From Escherichia coli (GTDB taxonomy: Bacteria > Pseudomonadota > Gammaproteobacteria > Enterobacterales > Enterobacteriaceae), in NCBI RefSeq assembly GCF_003334305.1, contig NZ_QOWS01000001.1: a DNA stretch of 64,000 nucleotides. One strand, given 5' to 3'. Positions within the stretch are counted from its first letter, which is position 1; each line of letters starts with the position of its first letter. Made by a program: the position numbers and the translations under genes. The notes below the pieces were generated by a model. That model was not told where the DNA came from. It ran no database searches and was given only the letters and a program-made list of their open reading frames with translations. Of this stretch, positions 1-12,147 are shown in pieces.

Positions 1-213
<213 letters not shown>

Positions 214-223
214 GGAGGCCCGT

Positions 224-874
224 GTGCGGTGCAAAGGTTTTCTGTTTGATCTTGATGGAACGCTGGTGGATTCCCTGCCTGCGGTAGAACGGGCGTGGAG
301 CAACTGGGCCAGACGTCATGGGTTAGCACCGGAAGAGGTGCTGGCTTTCATTCACGGTAAACAGGCGATCACCTCTTTGCGCCATTTTATGGCGGGCAAA
401 TCCGAGGCTGATATTGCCGCCGAGTTTACGCGTCTGGAGCACATCGAGGCCACGGAAACCGAAGGTATTACCGCGCTTCCGGGGGCAATCGCCTTACTCA
501 ATCATTTGAATAAAGCAGGTATTCCGTGGGCCATTGTGACTTCTGGCTCCATGCCGGTAGCGCGAGCGCGCCATAAAATAGCTGGGCTTCCCGCACCAGA
601 GGTGTTTGTAACCGCTGAGCGAGTGAAGCGCGGAAAACCAGAACCTGATGCGTATCTGTTAGGTGCGCAGCTGCTGGGGCTTGCGCCGCAGGAGTGTGTG
701 GTGGTGGAAGATGCTCCCGCTGGCGTGCTTTCTGGCCTGGCGGCGGGTTGCCATGTCATTGCGGTTAACGCTCCGGCAGATACCCCGCGCCTGAATGAGG
801 TCGATTTGGTCCTCCACAGTCTGGAGCAAATTACTGTGACCAAACAGCCAAATGGCGATGTTATTATTCAGTGA
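224..874 (+). CDS. hxpA: HAD-family sugar phosphatase YfbT (hexitol phosphatase A)
   Basis: 216 aa ORF with HAD motif FDLDGTLVDS near the N-terminus; GTG start preceded by GAGGAGG (213-219). Confidence 0.9.
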   Translation: MRCKGFLFDLDGTLVDSLPAVERAWSNWARRHGLAPEEVLAFIHGKQAITSLRHFMAGKSEADIAAEFTRLEHIEATETEGITALPGAIALLNHLNKAGIPWAIVTSGSMPVARARHKIAGLPAPEVFVTAERVKRGKPEPDAYLLGAQLLGLAPQECVVVEDAPAGVLSGLAAGCHVIAVNAPADTPRLNEVDLVLHSLEQITVTKQPNGDVIIQ

Positions 875-892
875 AACACCTGATCATGATTT

Positions 893-917
893 AGCCCCGT
901 CTCGTCGGGGCTTTTTT
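893..917 (+). terminator. Rho-independent terminator downstream of yfbT
   Basis: GC stem AGCCCC / GGGGCT (893-898 and 907-912) followed by a T-run 912-917. Confidence 0.7.
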
Positions 918-960
918 ATGGCAGAATCAAGTCATCCCCCTCAATTAACAAGGATAAGTT

Positions 961-2793
961 GTGAACGGTGAATTGATTTGGGTTCTTTCATTACTGGCCG
1001 TTGCCATCGTCTTGTTTGCGACGGGCAGAGTGCGTATGGATGCGGTCGCTTTGTTTGTTATTGTCGCGTTTGCATTAAGCGGAACGCTGACGGTCCCCGA
1101 AGTATTTTCCGGCTTTTCTGATCCTAACGTTGTCCTGATTGCCGCCTTGTTTATTATTGGCGATGGTTTGGTCCGTACCGGTGTTGCCACCGTAATGGGA
1201 ACATGGCTGGTCAAAGTGGCGGGCAACAGTGAAATCAAAATGTTGGTTTTGTTGATGCTGACCGTCGCGGGGCTTGGCGCGTTTATGAGTTCAACCGGCG
1301 TTGTCGCTATCTTTATTCCCGTGGTGTTAAGCGTTGCCATGCGTATGCAAACTTCGCCGTCACGTCTGATGATGCCGTTAAGTTTTGCCGGGCTGATTAG
1401 CGGCATGATGACGCTGGTGGCGACGCCGCCGAACCTGGTAGTCAACAGTGAATTGCTGCGTGAAGGCTATCACGGCTTCAGTTTCTTTAGCGTAACACCT
1501 ATTGGCCTGGTCGTGCTGGTGCTGGGTATTTTGTATATGTTAGTGATGCGTTTCATGCTGAAAGGGGATACCCAGACCCCGCAGCGCGAAGGCTGGACGC
1601 GTCGAACCTTTCGCGATCTTATCCGTGAATATCGACTGACCGGGCGTGCGCGACGTCTGGCTATTCGCCCCGGATCGCCAATGATAGGTCAACGGCTGGA
1701 TGATCTCAAATTACGTGAGCGTTATGGCGCTAACGTCATCGGTGTTGAACGCTGGCGGCGTTTTCGTCGCGTTATCGTGAACGTTAATGGGGTTTCTGAA
1801 TTTCGCGCGCGTGACGTTTTGCTTATTGATATGTCTGCGGCTGATGTCGATCTCCGGCAATTTTGTAGTGAGCAATTGCTGGAGCCGATGGTACTGCGCG
1901 GCGAGTATTTTTCTGACCAGGCCCTTGATGTGGGCATGGCAGAGATTTCATTAATTCCTGAGTCAGAACTGATTGGTAAATCGGTGCGCGAAATTGGTTT
2001 TCGTACCCGCTACGGACTGAATGTGGTGGGGCTAAAGCGCAATGGCGTGGCGCTGGAAGGTTCGCTGGCGGATGAGCCTCTGCTGCTGGGCGATATCATC
2101 CTGGTTGTGGGTAACTGGAAACTGATCGGTATGCTGGCCAAACAGGGCCGCGACTTCGTAGCGCTGAACTTACCGGAAGAGGTGAGTGAAGCATCGCCCG
2201 CGCACAGCCAGGCACCCCATGCCATTTTCTGTCTGGTGCTAATGGTGGCGTTAATGCTGACAGATGAAATTCCTAATCCTGTTGCCGCTATCATCGCCTG
2301 CCTGCTGATGGGGAAATTCCGCTGTATAGATGCTGAAAGCGCCTATAAATCCATTCACTGGCCGAGCATTATTTTGATCGTTGGGATGATGCCGTTTGCT
2401 GTGGCATTACAGAAAACGGGAGGTGTCGCGCTGGCGGTGAAAGGGCTGATGGACATTGGCGGTGGTTACGGGCCACATATGATGCTGGGTTGTTTGTTTG
2501 TCTTGTCGGCGGTTATTGGGCTATTTATCTCTAATACCGCGACGGCGGTGTTGATGGCTCCGATTGCGCTGGCTGCTGCCAAAACGATGGGGGTGTCGCC
2601 TTATCCATTCGCGATGGTCGTGGCGATGGCAGCATCCGCCGCCTTTATGACACCGGTTTCTTCACCTGTTAACACACTGGTTTTAGGTCCGGGAAATTAC
2701 AGCTTCAGTGACTTTGTGAAGTTGGGGGTACCGTTCACCATTATCGTGATGGCGGTTTGTGTGGTGATGATCCCGATGCTGTTTCCGTTTTGA
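961..2793 (+). CDS. yfbS: Putative anion transporter YfbS (two transmembrane blocks flanking a TrkA-C-like cytoplasmic region)
   Basis: 610 aa ORF, GTG start; hydrophobic N- and C-terminal halves with a charged central region. Confidence 0.9.
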
Positions 2794-2798
2794 CAAGA

Positions 2799-2840
2799 GC
2801 CTGATGTCGCATCCGGCGCTTATTGCCTGATGCGACGCAG
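2799..2840. repeat. REP-like palindromic element between convergent yfbS and yfbR
   Basis: Imperfect palindrome GCCTGATGTCGCATCCGGCGC ... GCCTGATGCGACGC typical of E. coli REP sequences. Confidence 0.5.
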
Positions 2841-2851
2841 ACTCCGGCTGC

Positions 2852-3451
2852 TTACAGCGGTGAATCCTGGCTAATCTCATCGAGCGAAAGATGGAAGCTG
2901 GGAACAAATACTTCCATGAAGTAGTCCATCTCCTGGCTGCGACGCGCTTCAAGCGTCGCTTCCAGTCGCGTTTTTGCCAGCAAGAATTCATTATTTCCGG
3001 CCGCGAGTTCTTCCAGACATTTCAGATATGCACACAGTGCATCTGCCTGTTTCACCAGCGATTTTTCTTCATCGCTATATGCATGCTCGTCAATTAACGG
3101 CGCAAAGATATCCCGCAGCTCTTCCGGAACCATATCGACCAGTTTTTGCTGAGCGATTTTTTCAATAGCCTTGTACTCCTGAGCGATTTGCGAATTGAAG
3201 TATTTCACCGGAGTAGGGAGATCGCCGGTGAGCACTTCTGAGGCATCGTGGTACATCGCCAGTAAAGCGATACGTTCGGCGTTGACATTACCGCCAAATT
3301 TCCGATTTTTGATAGCTGCCAGCGCATGGGCGACCATCGCTACCTGCAAACTGTGTTCGGACACATTTTCCGTCCGCACGTTGCGCATGAGCGGCCAGCG
3401 GTTAATGAGTTTCAGGCGGGAGAGATGGGCAAAAAAATGGCTCTGTTTCAT
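2852..3451 (-). CDS. yfbR: 5'-deoxynucleotidase YfbR (HD-domain hydrolase)
   Basis: 199 aa ORF with HD-domain motifs ([24 protein letters not shown]). Confidence 0.9.
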
Positions 3452-3534
3452 AGTGACCTTACGTATGATGACATCATCAGGTCATTGTGGCGGGATAACG
3501 CTGCCGGATGCAATCTCCGGCAGTGAAATTAAGA

Positions 3535-4752
3535 TTACAGCTGATGATAACCAGAAAGGAAACGCGCGAACTTGCTCAAAGACAGCTCGATATCATCGAC
3601 ACGCGGTAGCGTGACAATGCGGAAGTGATCCGGCCACGGCCAGTTGAATGCCGTCCCTTGCACCAACAGAACTTTTTCCTGCAACAGGAAATCCAGCACC
3701 ATTTTCTGATCGTCGTGAATGTTAAAGCGTTTGGCGTCGATTTTCGGGAACATATACAGCGCACCACGAGGTTTCACGCAGGAAACGCCCGGAATATCGT
3801 TGATCAGTTCCCACGCGCGGTTACGCTGCTCATAAAGACGACCGCCAGGGGTAATAAATTCACTGATGCTCTGATAACCACCCAGCGCGGTCTGAATGGC
3901 GTGTTGCGCAGGAACGTTAGCACACAGGCGCATTGAAGCCAGCATTTCCAGACCTTCGATGTAGCCTTTGGCGTGTTTTTTCGGCCCGTTCAACACCATC
4001 CACCCCTGACGGAAGCCTGCAACGCGGTACGTTTTCGACAGTCCGTTAAAGGTAATGGTCAGCAGGTCAGGTGCCAGCGGCGCAATTGAGTGATGCTCAG
4101 CGTCGTCGTAAAGAATTTTGTCATAAATTTCATCGGCGAAGATAATGAGATTATGCTGACGTGCAATCTCCACAATCTCCATTAAAAGCTCTTTGGAATA
4201 TACCGCGCCGGTTGGGTTATTTGGGTTGATTATAACGATCCCACGCGTACGAGGCGTAATTTTAGCGCGAATATCATCGAGGTCCGGGAACCAGTCAGAG
4301 GATTCATCGCAAAGATAATGCACCGCTTTACCGCTGGAAAGCGAAACCGCCGCGGTCCATAGTGGGTAATCTGGTGCAGGAACCAACATTTCGTCCCCGC
4401 TGTTCAGCAATGCCTGCATTGCCTGAACGATAAGCTCCGATACACCATTGCCGATGTAAATATCTTCCACGGTAACATCACGCATGCCACGAGCCTGGTA
4501 GTGCTGCATGATGGCTTTACGCGCGGAGTAAAGACCTTTGGAATCGCAATACCCTTGAGCGGTAGGCAGGTTGCGTATCACGTCAACGAGGATTTCATCT
4601 GGCGCGTCAAAACCGAACGGGGCTGGGTTGCCGATGTTCAGTTTCAGTACCTTGTTACCTTCTTCTTCCAGGCGTTTTGCTTCTTTCAGCACCGGACCAC
4701 GGATGTCATAACAGACATTCTCTAATTTGCTGGATTTTTCAATGGGGGACAT
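3535..4752 (-). CDS. alaA: Glutamate-pyruvate aminotransferase AlaA (PLP-dependent class I aminotransferase)
   Basis: 405 aa ORF with aminotransferase class I features (SKTYRVAGFRQGW lysine region). Confidence 0.9.
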   Translation of the reverse strand: MSPIEKSSKLENVCYDIRGPVLKEAKRLEEEGNKVLKLNIGNPAPFGFDAPDEILVDVIRNLPTAQGYCDSKGLYSARKAIMQHYQARGMRDVTVEDIYIGNGVSELIVQAMQALLNSGDEMLVPAPDYPLWTAAVSLSSGKAVHYLCDESSDWFPDLDDIRAKITPRTRGIVIINPNNPTGAVYSKELLMEIVEIARQHNLIIFADEIYDKILYDDAEHHSIAPLAPDLLTITFNGLSKTYRVAGFRQGWMVLNGPKKHAKGYIEGLEMLASMRLCANVPAQHAIQTALGGYQSISEFITPGGRLYEQRNRAWELINDIPGVSCVKPRGALYMFPKIDAKRFNIHDDQKMVLDFLLQEKVLLVQGTAFNWPWPDHFRIVTLPRVDDIELSLSKFARFLSGYHQL

Positions 4753-5668
4753 GAATCTTGACCTTTTTTGCTGTTATCGCCACTCCCTGCCGTGGAAGTC
4801 AGCTTAGAACAATGTACTCCCCCAGGACGGTGTTTTGAAGGTCTGCAGAATAAGATTTTGCCAGAGGGGAAGGCTCGATTGTGCTGTTAATAACTTAATA
4901 ATGACAAAATAATGAGGTGTATATGCTTTACATGCAATGTTATATAGTGAATTGTTCTGATTCTTAATTGTAAGTCTGGTTTTTTTATCTGTAAGATAAT
5001 TGTGTGAAAATGCCTCATTTAAGAATTCACTAATGAAACGCGATGATGATATTTCCGCATTACGGAGAGTTTAACAGCGTGATGATTTCCGAGGTGTCGT
5101 AATGGGGGCAAGGTGTGAAACTATTGTTAAGCGGAATTAATGAATGAGGATGATGCTAATTAATTATTATTTAATATTCAAAAAGGTTTTGATGTGCTTA
5201 TTAATAATAGAAGATTACTTTGCCTAACATAACATAACTTTGCATCAGATAATTCGCAATGACCCTTATAAATAAAAGGTTTTTGGGGTAAAATGCTCGC
5301 ATAAATGACGGATCCCTGCTCTTGATGCCGCCTCACCATTGCTGTTTGTACGTGTTCGCGTATGACCAGCGATGCTGCACGAGAGTGGAACAAGGACTCA
5401 CATTTACATTTATACAAACACGCGCATGTCATAAATAGAAAAGAGTGAGTAACTTAATAGATATGCGATCCCTGAAGATATATTCTGTGATCTACTTCAG
5501 GCATTATAACGGAACAATGTGAGTCGCTTTTTTAGTGCAACTCATATGCATTTTTACTTTCGTCCGGGTTCCGGATGAAACTGCCAGGGAGGCACATTAC
5601 AAATGGAATTGCTTGTTTGTGTGTGCACAGCATTAACCAGCTCAGTATGAGCCGCCAGTAAGTGATAA

Positions 5669-6610
<942 letters not shown>

Positions 6611-6655
6611 TCGACGGACGATAGATAATTCCTGAGACAATAGTGTAAAAAACGA

Positions 6656-6693
6656 GCCGCTGGGGGTGTTTTAAACCCCAGCGGCTTTTTTTT
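6656..6693 (+). terminator. Rho-independent terminator downstream of lrhA
   Basis: Stem GCCGCTGGGG (6656-6665) / CCCCAGCGGC (6676-6685) followed by a T-run 6686-6693. Confidence 0.75.
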
Positions 6694-7240
6694 AGTAAAA
6701 ATCCTTCCTCGCATAGTGCAGAACGTACAAAACTGTTCATTTTTCAATCACCAGAGATTCACGTCCCGAACGCACAAATAATCGCCTGAAAAAAATCACC
6801 TGCTACAATGATGTTAAAAAATACGTAAATTTGTTGCTGCGTTTTTGTTATGGAATGACAAAAGCGTGTCACAGATCAAGAAAATACTCTCTTTTGGGGG
6901 GAGGAATCGACACAAATTCCTGTCAAAATAGACCCGTATTTTTTCCATTGCTTCACAACGGACACGATTCAACAACATCTAATTATCCTGGAGTCGTCAA
7001 GGATCTGGGGTGAAAGGGCATTAAATGCTAATGGTGTTGATATTATGTAAACTAATGTGAAGAAACTTTTGTTAAAGTTGACAAAAGGTTATAGAAAGGA
7101 GTAAAAGACCACATCAATTAGCTGTATAAAAGAATTTCTACAGTGATTGTAAGGTTTTTTTTATTCCTCCCCATGAATCGATGTGGCGTCCATCTGCCGT
7201 GAAGAGCAGTGAATCTGGCGCTACTTTTGATGAGTAAGCA

Positions 7241-7684
7241 ATGAGTATGTCAACATCCACTGAAGTCATCGCTCATCACTGGGCATTCGCTATCTTTCTT
7301 ATCGTTGCCATTGGCCTGTGTTGCCTGATGCTGGTAGGCGGTTGGTTTTTAGGCGGTCGCGCACGCGCGAGGTCGAAAAACGTGCCGTTTGAATCCGGTA
7401 TCGACTCGGTCGGCTCCGCCCGCTTACGCCTGTCCGCCAAGTTTTATCTGGTGGCCATGTTCTTCGTTATCTTCGACGTTGAAGCGCTGTATCTGTTCGC
7501 ATGGTCAACCTCTATCCGCGAAAGCGGCTGGGTAGGCTTTGTGGAAGCTGCAATTTTTATTTTTGTGTTACTGGCAGGTCTGGTTTATCTGGTGCGTATT
7601 GGCGCGCTGGACTGGACGCCCGCGCGTTCACGCCGCGAGCGTATGAACCCGGAAACGAACAGTATCGCTAATCGTCAACGCTAA
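7241..7684 (+). CDS. nuoA: NADH-quinone oxidoreductase subunit A
   Basis: 147 aa membrane protein; first gene of a co-directional 13-gene nuo cluster. Confidence 0.95.
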
Positions 7685-7699
7685 CCGCGAGGCATTAAG

Positions 7700-8362
7700 A
7701 TGGATTATACGCTCACCCGCATAGATCCCAACGGTGAGAACGACCGTTACCCCCTGCAAAAGCAGGAGATCGTAACCGACCCTCTGGAGCAAGAAGTTAA
7801 CAAAAACGTGTTTATGGGCAAGCTCAATGACATGGTTAACTGGGGTCGTAAAAACTCAATTTGGCCGTATAACTTCGGTCTTTCCTGCTGTTACGTTGAG
7901 ATGGTGACTTCGTTTACCGCGGTGCATGACGTGGCGCGTTTTGGCGCAGAAGTATTGCGTGCTTCGCCGCGTCAGGCTGACCTGATGGTGGTTGCAGGAA
8001 CCTGCTTTACCAAAATGGCACCGGTTATTCAGCGTCTGTATGACCAGATGCTGGAACCAAAATGGGTTATCTCAATGGGTGCCTGTGCCAACTCTGGTGG
8101 TATGTACGATATTTATTCCGTTGTGCAGGGCGTCGATAAATTCATCCCGGTTGATGTGTATATCCCGGGCTGCCCGCCGCGTCCTGAAGCGTACATGCAG
8201 GCACTGATGCTGTTGCAGGAATCTATCGGCAAAGAACGTCGTCCGCTCTCCTGGGTGGTTGGCGATCAGGGCGTTTATCGCGCCAATATGCAATCAGAGC
8301 GCGAACGCAAGCGCGGTGAACGCATTGCCGTAACCAACCTGCGTACACCTGACGAGATTTAA
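7700..8362 (+). CDS. nuoB: NADH-quinone oxidoreductase subunit B
   Basis: 220 aa ORF with conserved cysteines ([18 protein letters not shown]). Confidence 0.95.
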
Positions 8363-8467
8363 TTTGCGCCTGTCGGCAAAGGGATTTTTCTTCGCTTATT
8401 CCTAAATCTATTTCGCGAAGCTTACTGCGCCGACAGTCACCACGGACCATTTGCAATGGTGAACAAT

Positions 8468-10258
8468 ATGACCGACTTAACCGCGCAAGAACCCGCCTGG
8501 CAGACCCGCGATCATCTTGATGATCCGGTGATTGGCGAACTGCGCAACCGTTTTGGGCCGGATGCCTTTACTGTTCAGGCGACTCGCACCGGGGTTCCCG
8601 TTGTGTGGATCAAGCGTGAACAATTACTGGAAGTTGGCGATTTCTTAAAGAAACTGCCGAAACCTTACGTCATGCTGTTTGACTTACACGGCATGGACGA
8701 ACGTCTGCGCACACACCGCGAAGGGTTACCTGCCGCGGATTTTTCCGTTTTCTACCATCTGATTTCTATCGATCGTAACCGCGACATCATGCTGAAGGTG
8801 GCGCTGGCAGAAAACGACCTGCACGTACCGACCTTCACCAAACTGTTCCCGAACGCTAACTGGTATGAGCGTGAAACCTGGGATCTGTTTGGCATTACTT
8901 TCGACGGTCACCCGAACCTGCGCCGCATCATGATGCCGCAAACCTGGAAAGGTCACCCGCTGCGTAAAGATTACCCGGCGCGCGCTACCGAATTCTCGCC
9001 GTTTGAGCTGACCAAAGCCAAACAGGATCTGGAGATGGAAGCCCTGACCTTCAAACCGGAAGAGTGGGGGATGAAGCGCGGCACCGAAAACGAGGACTTC
9101 ATGTTCCTCAACCTCGGTCCGAACCACCCGTCGGCGCACGGGGCTTTCCGTATCGTTTTACAACTCGACGGCGAAGAGATTGTCGACTGCGTACCAGACA
9201 TCGGCTACCACCACCGTGGTGCGGAGAAAATGGGCGAGCGCCAGTCCTGGCACAGCTACATTCCGTATACCGACCGTATTGAATACCTCGGCGGCTGCGT
9301 TAACGAAATGCCTTACGTGCTGGCGGTAGAGAAACTGGCCGGGATCACCGTGCCGGATCGCGTTAACGTCATTCGCGTTATGCTCTCCGAACTGTTCCGT
9401 ATCAACAGCCACCTGCTGTACATCTCGACCTTTATTCAGGACGTCGGCGCAATGACGCCCGTGTTCTTCGCCTTTACCGATCGTCAGAAAATTTACGATC
9501 TGGTGGAAGCGATCACGGGTTTCCGTATGCACCCGGCGTGGTTCCGTATTGGCGGCGTAGCGCACGACCTGCCGCGCGGCTGGGATCGCCTGCTGCGTGA
9601 GTTCCTCGACTGGATGCCGAAACGTCTGGCGTCTTACGAGAAAGCGGCGCTGCAAAATACCATTCTGAAAGGTCGTTCCCAGGGCGTTGCCGCCTATGGC
9701 GCGAAAGAGGCGCTGGAGTGGGGCACCACTGGCGCGGGCCTGCGTGCTACCGGGATCGACTTCGACGTGCGTAAGGCGCGTCCTTATTCTGGCTATGAAA
9801 ACTTCGACTTTGAAATCCCGGTTGGTGGTGGTGTTTCTGACTGCTACACCCGCGTAATGCTGAAAGTGGAAGAGCTGCGCCAGAGTCTGCGCATTCTTGA
9901 GCAGTGCCTCAACAACATGCCGGAAGGCCCGTTCAAAGCGGATCACCCGCTGACCACGCCGCCGCCGAAAGAGCGCACGCTGCAACATATCGAAACCCTG
10001 ATCACCCACTTCCTGCAAGTGTCGTGGGGGCCGGTGATGCCTGCCAATGAATCTTTCCAGATGATTGAGGCGACCAAGGGGATCAACAGTTACTACCTGA
10101 CCAGCGACGGTAGCACCATGAGTTATCGCACTCGTATCCGCACGCCGAGTTATGCGCATTTGCAGCAAATTCCGGCGGCGATCCGCGGCAGCCTGGTGTC
10201 TGACCTGATTGTTTATCTGGGCAGTATCGATTTTGTTATGTCAGATGTGGACCGCTAA
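8468..10258 (+). CDS. nuoC: NADH-quinone oxidoreductase fused subunit C/D
   Basis: Long ORF of the fused NuoCD type; longest ORF starts at 8456 (MVNNMTDL...), ATG at 8468 (MTDLTAQEP) chosen as the start from memory of the K-12 protein. Confidence 0.9.
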
Positions 10259-10260
10259 TT

Positions 10261-10761
10261 ATGCACGAGAATCAACAACCACAAACCGAGGCTTTTGAGC
10301 TGAGTGCGGCAGAGCGTGAAGCGATTGAGCACGAGATGCACCACTACGAAGACCCGCGTGCGGCGTCCATTGAAGCGCTGAAAATCGTTCAGAAGCAGCG
10401 TGGCTGGGTGCCGGATGGTGCGATCCACGCGATCGCCGATGTGCTGGGTATTCCGGCAAGCGACGTCGAAGGTGTGGCAACGTTCTACAGTCAGATCTTC
10501 CGCCAGCCGGTTGGTCGCCATGTGATCCGTTATTGCGACAGCGTGGTCTGTCATATCAACGGGTATCAGGGTATTCAGGCGGCGCTCGAGAAAAAGCTGA
10601 ACATCAAACCAGGGCAAACGACATTTGATGGCCGCTTTACGCTGCTGCCAACTTGCTGCCTGGGGAACTGTGATAAAGGGCCAAACATGATGATCGATGA
10701 GGATACTCACGCGCATCTGACCCCGGAAGCGATCCCTGAACTGCTGGAGCGGTATAAATGA
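10261..10761 (+). CDS. nuoE: NADH-quinone oxidoreductase subunit E
   Basis: 166 aa ORF with 2Fe-2S cysteine motifs; 3' end overlaps the nuoF start. Confidence 0.95.
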
Positions 10762-12095
10762 AAAACATTATCCGTACTCCCGAAACGCATCCGCTGACCT
10801 GGCGTCTGCGCGATGACAAACAGCCAGTGTGGCTGGACGAATATCGCAGCAAAAACGGTTACGAAGGCGCGCGTAAGGCGCTGACCGGGCTGTCTCCGGA
10901 CGAAATCGTTAATCAGGTAAAAGACGCTGGTCTGAAAGGGCGCGGTGGCGCGGGCTTTTCTACCGGCCTGAAATGGAGCCTGATGCCGAAAGACGAATCC
11001 ATGAACATCCGTTACCTGCTGTGTAACGCCGATGAAATGGAGCCAGGCACCTATAAAGACCGCCTGCTGATGGAGCAACTGCCGCACCTGCTGGTGGAAG
11101 GTATGCTCATCTCCGCGTTTGCGCTGAAAGCTTACCGTGGCTACATCTTCCTGCGTGGCGAATATATCGAAGCGGCAGTAAATCTGCGCCGCGCCATTGC
11201 CGAAGCCACTGAAGCGGGCTTGCTTGGCAAAAACATTATGGGAACAGGTTTCGACTTCGAACTGTTCGTCCATACCGGGGCAGGGCGCTACATCTGCGGG
11301 GAAGAAACAGCGTTAATCAACTCCCTGGAAGGGCGTCGTGCTAACCCACGCTCGAAACCCCCCTTCCCGGCAACCTCCGGCGTATGGGGCAAACCGACCT
11401 GTGTCAACAACGTCGAAACCCTGTGTAACGTTCCGGCGATCCTCGCTAACGGCGTGGAGTGGTATCAGAACATCTCGAAAAGTAAAGATGCTGGCACCAA
11501 GCTGATGGGCTTCTCCGGTCGGGTGAAAAATCCGGGACTGTGGGAACTGCCGTTCGGCACCACCGCACGCGAGATCCTCGAAGATTACGCCGGTGGTATG
11601 CGTGATGGTCTGAAATTTAAAGCCTGGCAGCCAGGCGGCGCGGGCACCGACTTCCTGACCGAAGCGCACCTTGATCTGCCGATGGAATTCGAAAGTATCG
11701 GTAAAGCGGGCAGCCGTCTGGGTACGGCGCTGGCGATGGCGGTTGACCATGAGATCAACATGGTGTCGCTGGTGCGTAACCTGGAAGAGTTTTTCGCCCG
11801 TGAGTCCTGCGGCTGGTGTACGCCGTGCCGCGACGGTCTGCCGTGGAGCGTGAAAATTCTGCGTGCGCTGGAGCGTGGCGAAGGCCAGCCGGGCGATATC
11901 GAAACACTTGAGCAACTGTGTCGATTCTTAGGCCCGGGTAAAACTTTCTGTGCCCACGCACCTGGTGCAGTGGAGCCGTTACAGAGCGCCATCAAATATT
12001 TCCGCGAAGAATTTGAGGCGGGAATCAAACAGCCGTTCAGCAATACCCATTTGATTAATGGGATTCAGCCGAACCTGCTGAAAGAGCGCTGGTAA
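10758..12095 (+). CDS. nuoF: NADH-quinone oxidoreductase subunit F (NADH/FMN-binding)
   Basis: 445 aa ORF with [10 protein letters not shown] nucleotide-binding motif and a C-terminal 4Fe-4S cysteine cluster. Confidence 0.95.
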   Translation: MKNIIRTPETHPLTWRLRDDKQPVWLDEYRSKNGYEGARKALTGLSPDEIVNQVKDAGLKGRGGAGFSTGLKWSLMPKDESMNIRYLLCNADEMEPGTYKDRLLMEQLPHLLVEGMLISAFALKAYRGYIFLRGEYIEAAVNLRRAIAEATEAGLLGKNIMGTGFDFELFVHTGAGRYICGEETALINSLEGRRANPRSKPPFPATSGVWGKPTCVNNVETLCNVPAILANGVEWYQNISKSKDAGTKLMGFSGRVKNPGLWELPFGTTAREILEDYAGGMRDGLKFKAWQPGGAGTDFLTEAHLDLPMEFESIGKAGSRLGTALAMAVDHEINMVSLVRNLEEFFARESCGWCTPCRDGLPWSVKILRALERGEGQPGDIETLEQLCRFLGPGKTFCAHAPGAVEPLQSAIKYFREEFEAGIKQPFSNTHLINGIQPNLLKERW

Positions 12096-12147
12096 CCGAA
12101 TTTCGATTAACGCTCAGTCTCTGACTGAGAAAACTGGAAGCATGCTA

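Noticed and set aside
5178..5432. 84-aa ORF in the alaA-lrhA intergenic region
   Set aside because: No Shine-Dalgarno or start context and unusual composition; more likely non-coding regulatory DNA.
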